Source: Diadema antillarum (taxonomy: Eukaryota). Taken from it: a stretch of DNA of 64,000 bases. The stretch is taken from contig NW_027272286.1 in NCBI RefSeq assembly GCF_040938485.1, positions 496,001 to 560,000 on the forward strand. Direction: 5' to 3'. Positions 48,445-60,637 of this stretch are shown piece by piece. The position numbers and the translations under genes were made by a program. The notes under the pieces are model-generated. The model was given only the letters and a program-made list of their open reading frames with translations, ran no database searches and was not told where the DNA came from. The first letter of the stretch is position 1. Each line of letters opens with the position of its first letter.

Positions 48445-50213
48445 TACATGTTGATCCCGTCTTAAAAAAACAAAACAAGAGAAAATGTTAAAGACATCAC
48501 AATCAAGAGGAATAAATTTTTGCATTAAATCGAACATACCTTGTGGGAACAATCCCATGGGCTGGTGACACATGTGCGCACACACAAGAAAGAAGGTATC
48601 AGGTTTGGCTACACTTCTATTCTTAATTTTGCCAAGGAAATGTGTATCTATCATTACCCACAGGTACTACAGCAGATCTATTTCAAGAAACCTCACGGAC
48701 ACAACAAAGCTGTCAAATAAACATGATATTGTGATACATTCACGATTGTACATCAGGTTTACAACACCAAACTATGTAGCACATCATACATTGTATATTT
48801 GTGGACAGAAGAATATGTGGCGACTGTTGCAAATGTGAACATAGACTCATAAAAGTTGACATAAGTAGAGTCTACTTGTAAACACATTTTTCCCCAAGCA
48901 AGCAGTAATTTGAGTAGCCCATGTTGATGATCACACATACAATATTAAAGGCATACGATCGTCTTGTATGGTACGTAAACTCCGAACGACCGAAGTTTGT
49001 GCATGCAATTGCGCAATGCCAGACTCGGTGCTATATCCATAAACGTGTGGGACAATGCTGCCACTGAGACACATGTGTGTGTGTGCGTGTGTGTGTACGC
49101 ATCATACACAAACATTGTCACCGCGAGCTGCGGTGATTGGAGGAGAGAGGCCAGAAGACGTGTGGCTCTTTTGGCCTCTCTTCATGCGCATGCGCACTGA
49201 GAGTATGCGTCCATTCGGAAGCTCTCGTGGTTCGCTCGGACAGCCATTTTGGGTTAGGAGATTTGTAGCACTAGAGCTCTTGTAGTCTAGCATATTGTTC
49301 GCTGACCCATTGAGCCAGCGTTATTCTCATTCGGGGTCACTACATTTGATACAGAATGGGGGAGGCAGCGTGTTGCGTTCGTCTCCGTGCCGCACAAACC
49401 ACTCGCCACGATTGAGTGCCTTTAAGATGATTGAATTTTCACTCTTTACTTTATGAAGGAGACATCTTGGATACAGTGGAAAGGCAAGTTCAGCCATGAA
49501 TTTGGGGCATGAATTAACATACATATTGACATTCTTACATGTAAGATTAGCGACATTTTCCCTATTCCCAATCATCCAAACCCTAAATCTGCAATTTCAA
49601 AGCCCGGAATGTCCTAACAGGCAATTTTTTCCTTCTGTCACAAAAAAAAAAAGAAAAAAGAAGAAGCCTACTGTGTTTATCACTGCTCTCTTATTCACAT
49701 ACACAACTGTTTTATTATAGCTGAAATGGAATCATTTTGATAGACAGCATAAAACTCAAAATCATGTATTGGAATAATATCACAAGTGAAGTGGCTGACA
49801 CCTTAAAAACGAGGAACACATGTGGTCACTGCTGAGGATTAAATTTAGTGAAGGGAGGTTATCTGAAAATTATAGCAAGATTTCAATTGCCAGCATGCAG
49901 TGGCACTGTCATCAGAACTTACTGTTTACATTATATCCTGATTTGAGTGAGAGAAGATGACCATTTTAATACAAGGATTCAGAATATAAAAAAAAGACAT
50001 ATGGATTTAAATGCAACTACAGATGCTCGAGTGCCAATTCAGACCAGCAGTACATTGTAATATTTGTCCAGCGAAGATGATGCGTACTGCCCTAGCCACA
50101 CCTGCCATCCTTGTGGGCTTGACCATGCTCCTATGTCTGGGGGACTCCTCTGCTCCTTGCTTGGACACTGGTAGAATGCTGTGCTAGCGATGTTGGTCAG
50201 CACTTCATTCCTT

Positions 50214-50219
50214 TCAGGC
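50214..50219 (-). CDS. SGO1: Candidate shugoshin terminal exon start (Ala + TGA, then 3' UTR)
   Basis: The best downstream acceptor (ttttgtccatctccag|) reads GCC TGA in phase 0; inferred from acceptor quality only. Confidence 0.4.
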   Translation of the reverse strand, partial: A

Positions 50220-50300
50220 CTGGAGATGGACAAAATGTGGGAACAGGTAAATGCAGTATGACATACTGCTCATGATCAACCACTGAAGCTAATATCAAAG

Positions 50301-51095
50301 TAGCCTATAATCTAGGCAGAGGATGCAGCTACTGTCTTTGCTGTTACGCAAAACGTCTGATGTAGCGAGATTGTCTTTGCTAAGCAATAGGTCTGACACG
50401 GCCACACTACCAACAGTGGATGCGGCCAAAGCATCCACCATTTACATTTGTATATCCACTCATCTTGCTGTAGTCATTATTTTCTGATTATTGATTGTGA
50501 ATTGGAGGCAGTTTTCTTATGAAAAAATGTCACTGATTCACAGAGACTTCAACTCTCCCGTCAAAAACGGGAGATCTCCCACCGAAAAGCCCATTTTTGC
50601 AAAATCTCCTGTTCTCCCGCTTGAGATGCAATTTCTCCCGCCCTGGCTCTGTGTCTCCCGCTTGAAATGATATCTTACTTAGTATCATCGTATGTCAAAA
50701 AATAAGCATGAGATAGCACGAGAGAGCATCTGGAACCCTAGAGCTTCCAGGGCCCGCTTAAGGGCCCTGGACCAAGGCCGCAAGGGACTTCGCACTTGTG
50801 ATTTGCGCTTCGCGCACATACAATTGTAAATTTGGAGTCTCCCGTTTGAAAGGGGCTTCAGGCGGGAGAATCTCCAGATCAGAAGGTGCTTGGGGGTGGA
50901 GTCTCTGGATTCAGTGGATAATGAGAAAACAACAATTAAAGCAAGATGAGTGGATATAGGCGGTGGATGCGTCCACTGTTCATGGTCTCGCCGCATCAGA
51001 CGTATTGCTTAGCAAAGACAATAATCTCACTGCATCAGATGTTTAGCGTTTACAGCAAAGACAATAGCTGTATCCTCTGCCTGGATCATAGGCTA
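50301..51095. repeat. Foldback: ~160-bp inverted arms (50301-50469 and 50940-51095)
   Basis: Arms align as reverse complements (tagcctat...gcagagga...tgtctttgctaagcaata...atatccactcatcttgct). Confidence 0.8.
50541..50907 (-). mobile_element. Second copy of CAGAGAC-TIR MITE
   Basis: Reverse complement of 31331-31633 with an internal insertion; flanked by gattca direct repeat. Confidence 0.8.
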
Positions 51096-51343
51096 ATATT
51101 TAGGGCACATGAGAACACACCCACTCTGCTTAGAGATGCAACTCTCATTATTGACCCATGCGTTTTGGCTCAATACCAAAGTCGGGAAAGCTACATCACA
51201 ACTAATTTTGCTTCATCAAGGGTTTAAGACACATCAGACGCACGGCTTTATCAAAAAAAAAAAAAAAAAAATCCATTGCTATATGCAGCAAATACTTGTA
51301 ATGCTTCACATACCCGCTCCACTCTTGAATTTCAATAATAGTA

Positions 51344-51743
51344 CAGGCAACTCCTGTTAAAACAAAGTTTTGTTATAACCGAACAAATCATATCAGGGCA
51401 ATTACCCCCTGAGTACAATTACTCCCTTCTCCCCCCCCCCCCCCCCCCCCCCCAAAACACACACACAGAGCTAAATAGTGGTTAGTGATAAGGTCAGAGT
51501 AAAGATTAGGGTTATGGTAAGGTTTAGGATAAAAGTTTAGGTCAGGGTTATGATTAGATTCAGGATCAGGATTAGGGTTAGGGTCTGGGGAAGGGTCGGG
51601 GCAATTGTCCAGGGGGAAATTGCCCTAGAGCCAAACAAATTAAAGTGCATAAAGATATTAGATAAGAGTTTTAGGACCTGAATTTTTACTTCATTGTAAC
51701 GAAAATTTGTTATAACTGTGTTTGTTATGACAGGACTGCACTA
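51344..51743 (-). mobile_element. Same Tigger-type MITE, reversed, with nested element at ~51396-51632
   Basis: ta|caggcaactcctgtt ... caggactgcact; shared caggtccc/ggacctgaattttt interior; the nested insert has gggcaatt ends. Confidence 0.6.
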
Positions 51744-51824
51744 TGAAAGTGATTCAAGGTGCGTTATTAGGAGCTCCATATATGTATGACAGGGATGAAG
51801 CACAGAGCTCAATGATTTTGTTAC

Positions 51825-51894
51825 CTTGGGTACGTTGGTTGGGGCAATGCTCTTATATACTGTGTCTGTGAAGGGATCCCCCTGGCGGAGTTTC
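51825..51894 (-). CDS. SGO1: Shugoshin exon completing the SGO basic motif
   Basis: ttgcag| ... |gtaaca; KLRQGDPFTDTVYKSIAPTNVPK joins in frame to give YKEPSGNKKLRQGDPFTD, compared with human SGO1 YKEPTLASKLRRGDPFTD. Confidence 0.9.
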
Positions 51895-52147
51895 CTGCAA
51901 TGAAAATAAGTACATGCAGATATGACAAAATTTGATTTGTTGCAATTACACTGTACATGTGCAGATTCAAATTAGCATTTCATATATAGCACTGTAATGC
52001 TATGAAGGGGTGCTCTTGTCTTTTTTTAAGAGATGCATGAGATTTGTATAAATTGGGAAGTAACAACAGAAAGTTTGGATGAAACAGACAAAAAGTAGGC
52101 AAATACGAAGAAATGTAGCATCATGTGCACATTTAAATAATAATGAT

Positions 52148-54218
52148 AACGAGATATGAAACTCGTCACGCTGACGAGTTAGGTGATACGCTTGGGGTCA
52201 TCAGGTGTCGGTCATCTGTGATCGACAAAGAAAAGAATGTGATATAGGCACCTTGAAGTTATATTGAGCGTGCATGCAAAACCGTTTCTCTAACCAATCG
52301 GCCACGGGACATCCCCGGAAATGGTAAGGCAAAAAAGAAATGTATGGATATTACAGGGGGAAAAAGTCAATGCCCACTCAACAATCGTGGCCGCGTGAAC
52401 ATGTATTGCATTGCTAGACGGAAATGCGGCCTTGTAACGACTGATGTCGCTATGCCATTTCTGGCAACTTGGGAAAAATACGCGCCGTAGACATAAAGCC
52501 TATAATCGGCTGGTTTTGATACCTTGCCTTTAATCACAATTTTCAGTGTGATGACGTCATCAAAGTACAAAACAATGACATGGTCTTGAAAGACAAATGT
52601 TCAAAGTACAACACCTCAGTCGTCGTCATTACATACTATGATCGGTTTGACAAAGTCAACCTGCAAAATGTTGCTGCAGTCGAAGCAATGTGGTCTCCAA
52701 CACACAAAAAAGAGGGATATGGCGTGTGTCTGTGTGTCTGTGTGTGTGTATAGGTGCGTTTATATACGAACGTGATTTCTACATGGACGAATATGTAATA
52801 CAAAATTGAAGAAAAAAAGTAAAATAGCTAAGTATTTTGTTTCGTGATCTTGTGGGGTTCGAACCCGCAACCTCAAGTCTCTGAGACGTCGCCTTTAACC
52901 ACTCGGCCATACGTCTCGGCGAGAAAATATGAGGAACGTAAACTTATGTATGTGAAAGCTGAATCGGGAATCGTTTTGTCCACATTCCATTCTCATTTTC
53001 AGTTTTAAACTGCAAAATTGTCAACCTGATGATGAGATTTCAAAAAATAAAATGCATGATTACTGAAGCTTATTGTCTCAGCTACAACATACTTAAGTTT
53101 CAGAGGAAATGAAGCAAAATCAGCTGAGATAAAGGTGCTTAAACGTTGTCAAGTCAATGCATGGTTTTAAAAAAAATCACCTCCCATAGACAATACACGT
53201 AAACTTGTCCGATTTTGCATCTTTACCTTTAATCACAATTTAAGGTATGATGACGTCATCAAATTTCAAAACCATGACTTGGACTTAAAAGGCAAATGTT
53301 CAAAGTACAACATATCTGAATTTGGGATAATATTGAGCTTAAACAACAGAGATACGAGCAAATGAATGTCAGAAACAGTACCTCAAAAAAATTAATTCCA
53401 CTTTTTTGATTTCAGATGATGATATGATGACGTCATAATGTATTTAGGGAAATATTGATACTTGAGACGTTATTTTCAATTCATATGCTTTTGTAATATG
53501 CAATAAAAACATAGGGTCACCTGACGTTTTAAAGAGCTATGGCGAAATAAACAAAGACATGTTTTTCGCTATATTTCCACATAGACGCGAACACGAAATT
53601 TCAACTTTGACGCCAGCGCATTCCTTTGTTATAGGTCGAAATTGATCGGAAATCAATGGATATTGTTACTTAATGTATCAGGAATCCAAATCTGTCAAAA
53701 AATGTGCATTTTCAGTTTGCTTACGCGCACTACGCGCGAAAATGTGCGGACGGACGCGAACGCGCGAAACGCTTAAAATTGTCTGAAACTTCGAGATTTC
53801 CCATTGGTAAGTTGTTTTGAGCCTTTTAAAAGTTTGACGCGCGCGTACGCGCGCGTAATAATGTCTTAGGTAATTAGCATTAAAATGTATGATAGAGCGT
53901 GACCTGAACTTAATGTCCGCCGAAAATGATACAGACATGACCTTTAGATATGAAGTTATGATCGATCATGTAACATGGTCCGAAAATCACAAAATGGCGC
54001 CTAGATGACGTCATAGATATGTTACTGTCATGAAAACCTTATTGTGGCTAGATTTTGTCATGAGACATGTTCCCTGAAAATGTCATGTTATTCCGTAATG
54101 TCATTCTTGAGATATTGATGACACAAAATTGTCCAGAAAGAAAGAAGAATAAAAAGAAATAAAGAGAGATTTTGACAATCACAATAGGTGATACGCTGAT
54201 AGCGTATCACCTAATAAT
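52148..54218 (-). mobile_element. HINE-like non-autonomous element (second family)
   Basis: Hairpin taggtgatacgc-tgata-gcgtatcaccta at the right end with an adjacent (aaag)n tract; matching aggtgatacgc and hairpin aactcgtca-cgc-tgacgagtt at the left end. Confidence 0.7.
52846..52915 (-). pseudogene. tRNA-like sequence embedded in a HINE-like element
   Basis: TGGCCGAGTGG A-box and GGTTCGAACCC B-box; acceptor and anticodon stems do not pair properly, so it is not a functional tRNA. Confidence 0.6.
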
Positions 54219-54438
54219 GTGCAGATTTAGATGTGAAACAGGACACCCAGGGATAATTAGCAAAACTAAATTTGTCTTGGCAAGCTGAGTGACCAATTTC
54301 TTCAGAAATACACTCAGAATTGTAGCTGAGTTACTAGGAGTTTTGTGTTGATTTTGGTGATTAGATAACATGTTTTTAAGTTGAGTATACAAACAAAACA
54401 TATCAATATCAATGCACTGAATAGTGCATTCCAAAAAA

Positions 54439-55881
54439 AACAAGGAAAAGTAGAAATTACGCGGTGCGTAAAATATGTCCCCGCCGGAAGTAGCATTTTG
54501 TAGCCAATGTACAATATAGGTAAAAAATCAAGGTCAAAGGTCAAAGAAGTCAAAGGTCAAAATTCTGTGTAGAAGTTTTGAAGCCCTCACCTAGTGCCAT
54601 CACAAAAAGCAAACGGAATCGAAATCGGGTTAGAAATGGCGAAGGAGTAGCATTTTGTAGCCAATGTACAATATAGGTCAAAAATCAAGGTCAAAGGTCA
54701 AAGAAGTCAAAGGTCAAAATTCTGTGTAGAGGTGTTAGCCCTCACCTAGTGCCATCACATAAAGAAAACGGAAATGAAATTGGGTTAGAAATGGCAAAGG
54801 AGTAGCATTTTGTAGCAAAATGTACAATATAGGTCAAAAATCAAGGTCAAAGGTCAAAGAAGTCAAAGGTCAAAATTCTGTGTAGAAGTTTTGAAGCCCT
54901 CACCTAGTGCCATCACATAAAGCAAACGGAATCGAAATCGGGTTAGAAATGGCGAAGGAGTAGCATTTTGTAGCAAAATGTACAATATAGGTCAAAAATC
55001 AAGGTCAAAGGTCAAAGAAGTCAAAGGTCAAAATTCTGTGTAGAAGTTTTGAAGCCCTAACCTAGTGCCATCACATAAAGCAAACGGAATCGAAATCGGG
55101 TTAGAAATGGCGAAGGAGTAGCATTTTGTAGCAAAATGTACAATATAGGTCAAAAATCAAGGTCAAAGGTCAAAGAAGTCAAAGGTCAAAATTCTGTGTA
55201 GAAGTTTTGAAGCCCTCACCTAGTGCCATCACATAAAGCAAACGGAATCGAAATCGGGTTAGAAATGGCGAAGGAGTAGCATTTTGTAGCCAATGTACAA
55301 TATAGGTAAAAAATCAAGGTCAAAGGTCAAAGAAGTCAAAGGTCAAAATTCTGTGTAGAAGTTTTGAAGCCCTCACCTAGTGCCATCACATAAAGCAAAC
55401 GGAATCGAAATCGGGTTAGAAATGGCGAAGGAGTAGCATTTTGTAGCCAATGTACAATATAGGTCAAAAATCAAGGTCAAAGGTCAAAGAAGTCAAAGGT
55501 CAAAATTCTGTGTAGAAGTTTTGAAGCCCTCACCTAGTGCCATCACATAAAGCAAACGGAATCGAAATCGGGTTAGAAATGGCGAAGGAGTAGCATTTTG
55601 AAGCAAAATGTACAATATAGGTCAAAGGTCAAGGTCAAAGGTCACAACTGAAATTCTGTGTAGAAGTTTCAAAGCTCCCATGTAGTGCTATCATATAAAG
55701 CAAACAGAATCAAAATTGGCTCATAAATGACAGAGAAGTAGCAAATTGAACATTTTGATCACACACGGACGCACAGACAGACAGACGGACGGACAGACGG
55801 ACGGACGGACACACGGACACACACACGTACGGAGCCCGTTTCATAGTCCCCTGCTCGAACTCGTTCAGCGGGGACAAAAAA
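54439..55881 (-). mobile_element. HINE-like element (third family) with about 8 tandem core units
   Basis: On -: tgtccccgc subTIR plus IR, (gtcc/gtct)n microsatellite, core array, gcggggaca subTIR, tacgc-acc-gcgta hairpin and cttgtt end. Confidence 0.85.
54491..55750. repeat. Tandem array of 155-158-bp units inside the HINE
   Basis: Units start at 54491, 54648, 54803, 54961, 55119, 55277, 55434 and 55591 (last one diverged). Confidence 0.95.
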
Positions 55882-55977
55882 GGATTGGTTATGATGTATA
55901 ATGGCAGACATCATGTGCTTTAAGGATGCATGTTCGTAAGCAAATATTGCCTGATACACTTGTAAGTATACAGTGAG

Positions 55978-56954
55978 TAGTAGGGCAGATGTAACAAAAA
56001 TTGATCGAAATGCTCACATCCGGCGGAAAGTATGAAATTTTGCATACAGGGGTATTTTGGGGCGCTGATTTCAAAAATTGCCAGATCCAAGAGATCTGGC
56101 CACGGGATCGGCCGCCATTTTGAATTCCAATATGGCCGCCATCACAAAACAAATTTAAAGATCCCTATCTTGAGTTTTAAATGACCTGTGGCACCAAAGT
56201 TTGGTTCACAAGAGCGTTTTGACATATTAAATGTGATGAAAGATTCATTTGTGGTGTCTGACAATCATCGAATGGCCGCCATTTTGAATTCCAATATGGC
56301 CGCCTCAACGAAATTGTCAAAATTCCTATCTCGAGTTCTAAGTGGTGAGTGACGCTGAAATTACGTGCAAAGAAGTATTTTAACATACTGAGTTTAAAAA
56401 TGGACTAATGCGATGTGTCTGACAAATGCAATGCCCGCTATTTTGAATTCCAATATGGTTGCGAAGACAAACATCACGACTAACATTCACGGGCATGCCA
56501 AAAAGTGCAACAAAAATGAAGCATAACGCACCTTTCACTGACGTCACAATGTAAATACAGCAGCGCGCACTCAATCAGTTACAGACGCGCGCTCAATCAG
56601 GTAGCCTAATTCACAAACCCGAGAAAGAGATTTTCAACACTGCAACATGGAAACTACGTAGGAAAATTCAAATTGACTGCCGTGCAGCTTGTCAGAAGAA
56701 TCGAATAAGTCTGTTATTGAAGTCATCATATCACCACGCTTTTATGTATCAAATTTCAATGGCTTATGTCATTCAGAACTGAAGATAGGGATCTTTGACG
56801 GCGGCCATATTGGAATTCAAAATGGCGGCCGACCCCGTGGCCAGATCTCTTGGATCCGGCAATTTTTGAAATCAGCGCCCCAAAATACCCCTATATGCAA
56901 AATTTCATATTTTCCGCCGGAAGTGAGCATCTTTTTCACATATCTGCCCCACTA
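55978..56954. mobile_element. Academ-like non-autonomous DNA transposon
   Basis: ~200-bp TIRs, TAG...CTA termini, 3-bp GAG TSD (55975-55977, 56955-56957). Confidence 0.7.
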
Positions 56955-57184
56955 GAGAAAAGCAGAGGTTAACCTTGTCTAATACCTTCACGTGTCTCAG
57001 TTCTTGCCCTCTATATTTCAGTTTGTGTAGCTTGCAAGTACACAGTAAAGGAAACCTATGGAATATATTTGAAACAAATGCCACATAACTCCCTTTCACT
57101 ATCTCTAATGATATCTAAAGGTTCTCAGTTTATCCACCAGTACAACATATAACACAGAGGTATACAAATATCAAATGAGCATAC

Positions 57185-59825
57185 TTGTTTCCTGACGGCT
57201 CCTTGTAGCTGACCATGCCTTTTGTCCTGCGCGCCCTTCTCTGGGGCACCTCCGGGGCATTCTCCTTCGTGGCATCCCCTGCAGGAACATCTCCCTTGCC
57301 CCCTGTGCGCACCACGTCATCCCCACGGCTCTCCTCGCCAGCTGCTAATGTGTTGGTCACATCTGTCATGACCTTTGACACAGCATCGGTCCTGGAGACC
57401 TTGTGCGGCTTTTCCTCCCGGTCGCCGCTGGAGTTGTCTTCGGCCGGCCTCTTCTTGCTCTTGCTGGTGTTGATACCTTTCCTCCCAGCTGCTTCAACAG
57501 CATCGGCTGTTTGGCGATCACTTGTTTCCCGGGGCAAGGGGGCATGCCGATCTTGCTGAACTCTTTCGCGGTTCTCAGTTGCTGTATCAGAAGATGCTTT
57601 TCTGGCTACACCCTGGGTCGACTCTTTGTCATGGCCAATTTCATCATCAAAGCATTTCGAGGGAATCGAATACTGTTCGGTAGCCTTCTTTGAGTTCGAA
57701 CTTTTCTTTCCACCCTCATTCAGCGCCTTACGGTTTTGATAGGAATCATCATTGCCATGAAAGTTTTGGGGCTTGTGAGAAATTTGCATCCGAGCACAAT
57801 CATTCTCTGGCTGAACATCCAAATCAAATGTTACATTCAGGTTGGATGTCTCTGTCTGTTTGCCTGACTTCAGGATTGTGGTACGTCTTGGGACTGGCTT
57901 AAGTTTGCCCTGAGCATTACTCACTGACACCAGATGATCTATGTCTTCCAGGACATTGTGGGTAACATTAAGGCTTTTCTGCCCTCCTTTACAATCAGGT
58001 ACATCATCATCACGCAAATCCTTCAGTTTCATGTCAGAAACCTTTGAGCTTCTTTTCTTCTCTGTCTCTTTGCCAAGACTCAAGCTGCGGCTTTCACTCT
58101 CAGCATCCTCCAATTCCAAGAAAAATTGCATCTTTGAGAGCTTGCGTTTGTTGGAAGACTTTCGCACGAGGGGTCTTGTGATCAAATCGCTCAGACTCTC
58201 CCGCTCCTCCTTTTGGTTGCTGCTCTTCCGCGATGGCAGGGAGGATCCGATCTTGCTCCTCCTCTCGGGGTTGGTGACCTCGCTCAAGTAGGAGGCATCG
58301 AGGTTATTCAGCTCTTCCAGGAGAGCCTTCTCCGACGTCATCCTCTTGGCCTCCGGATTCCTCGGGGTGACAACCGATTTTGATTTTCGGGACTTTCTCT
58401 TGATCACACCATGTTTCTCCACATTCTCTTGGCCTTTTGAGCTTTGAGTATGCGCCAGTTCTGTGGTTTTTGCAGAAGATGGAGAATTTCTCACTGATCT
58501 GTTGTGGTCATCGTCCCCTTCAGGCATTCTTGCCTCCTGGCTGGCCATCGCATCAGGAGCGGGCTGGGTCTGAGGATGCGGTTTGTGCAGGCGGGAAGGG
58601 GTTGGATGGGAAAAACTGTCCCCAACTGACAGATCAAAGATGGACATCTGCGCAACATCCCTGTCATCCGTGTTATCCCGCATCTCCTTCTTGCTCCTAG
58701 CCTTCGAGGGGATCTTTGAGCTGTGTTTGACCAGTCTCAGGGATTTTGATTTGTCCTTGAGTTTCCCTTTTTTCATTACAGGCAACTTACTCTTCTTCGA
58801 AGTCGGCTGACTGTTGGTGTCTTCCTCTCCGATCTCTAAGTTGTTATCACCTTTGCTCATGGCCTCAACACCTCTATCCCTGCCAGATTCCAAGACTGAA
58901 ATGTGTCCGAGGGCCGTGCTGGTCATCTCCATATCTGCCAGTCTGTAATCCGATTTATTTCCGTTGGAATCTTCTTTCTCTTTCTGCAGCTGACTGCACT
59001 TGTCCTGCCTACTACTTGAGTCTGTGGAGTTCCCTTTACCAGAACTGCCATCTACTTTGTGCTCAATCTCTTCAGCCTGGGCGATCACCGATGCATCCTT
59101 TCCACTGGAATTGTTCTCTTTGCCCGAGTGCTCTGGCTGTCCTTCACCAATAATCCCACCAATTTCAGCCTCTGTACGCTCACTCGCCGGCTCGTCTTTT
59201 GTTTCACTGACGCCCAACTGGACTGCCACCTCCCGATCCTCATGACTGTGCTTGACAAATGTGCCCCTCCTCTTCGACTGTCTTTTGCTTCTCCTGCGAC
59301 TTGCTGTCCCATCATTTAGGTCCTCATCTGGCCCCACTTCCATGGCTTCCAAGTCTGCCTCCATCTCCTCCTCCACTAAATTCTGCTGAGGAGCAACCAT
59401 TTCCTCCTCTTTTCCCCGTCGCCCACTCTTTTTCCTTCTCTCCTTGCCACGCTTTTCCTCCGCATCGTCATTCTTGCATCCATCCTTTCCATCGTTCTTC
59501 TGGTCTAAGGGCTTCCCACCTGTGCGATCTTTCTTTGACTGCCTGCTGCGCCTCTTTCGCGGAACCCTTACATCTTCCATCATCTCAACTTCATTTCCAT
59601 CTGTGCCAGCATGCGCAGCGTCAAATAAATCTGCATTTGAGTCGAGCGATGAATTCCTACGGACAGGATTCTCTGCCGCTGCCTCATTCAGCATCGTTTC
59701 AGTCTCCTCGGCCACCTCCTTGATCTCAGAATCTGCTGTGAAGTTGGTTCCAGGATCCTCGCGTGAGATTGGCATTGGTAACAGCTCCTCAGGCGAGATG
59801 TTTCTGGTATCCCTTCTGGCCGTCA
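57185..59825 (-). CDS. SGO1: Shugoshin giant central exon (disordered, charged) ending in first half of the SGO motif
   Basis: Lies within the 908-aa ORF; tttcag| ... |gtatgc; ends RRARRTKGMVSYKEPSGN(K); 2641 nt, phase 1/2. A large central exon is typical of shugoshins. Confidence 0.9.
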
Positions 59826-60637
59826 CTGAAATATTGGACGGGAAGTGATAATGCAATCAGTACTACACTCATTAATTTGCATACTTTTTTGATAGCCTTT
59901 AAAAGATTAATTTATCGAGTAATTCCAGCATCTGACAAAACTTTCAAAACTGACAAGACCTTGCCAAAATGCATTCTCATTAGATGTCAGCATCACTGGC
60001 AGCAACTATGATTTTAAATCACAGCTTTAGCTTGAGATATGAAATATTTAATTGCATAATGATTTTGGTACCATTTGCAAATATTACAAAGTAAGTCTAT
60101 CATCACAGAGCAAAATTCAACCTTTCCAATGACCCCTCACTTGCTACATAACAAGGAATCTCAAATTCACAAGAATGGACGTAACTTGTTTTGCCGTCAA
60201 ACCCTTTATATATTGACTTTAATAATAGGTTGGTTTTTAAAGTGCACCAGAACTTTAAAAAGTCAAATAAAGAAATCAAGAATTTGCATATATGAAAGAG
60301 TCCACACTCTTGTCACCAAAAGTACATCATTTGCACGATAATTGCATAAACTGCAGCTAAAACTAGCACCTTTGCTGTCGTTAGATGACCCTTGCCTCTT
60401 TCCATTTTGGTTGCTGCTCCTGTTTTAAGAATGCACACAGTGAGGTGTATTGCTGGAAAGCAATGTTCATATCAGCTTTCTATCAACAACTTGGCATTAT
60501 AGTAAATTACATTAGCATAACACAAGAAGCTGAATGTCCACATACGGCCTTCTGTATTGACCTTCGCAGAGTGCAGCAACAATACAAGTAATGAAAAAAA
60601 AAATCAAACATGGTGGTTGAAAGGTCAAGATAAGTAC

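Noticed and set aside
336-51453. Numerous poly-C/poly-G runs and (CA)n/(GT)n tracts as G4 or regulatory elements
   Set aside because: Scattered throughout the window without positional pattern; treated as a background property of this genome.
52846-52915. Functional tRNA gene
   Set aside because: Acceptor stem and anticodon arm do not form. The same applies to the SINE heads at 4285 and 19846.
54491-55750. CRISPR-like periodic array
   Set aside because: Units are contiguous and near-identical with no unique spacers, the context is eukaryotic, and the array is bounded by HINE termini.
57215-59848. Plus-strand ORFs of 70-154 aa overlapping the giant shugoshin exon
   Set aside because: Antisense shadows of a long coding exon; low-complexity S/L/F-rich translations.
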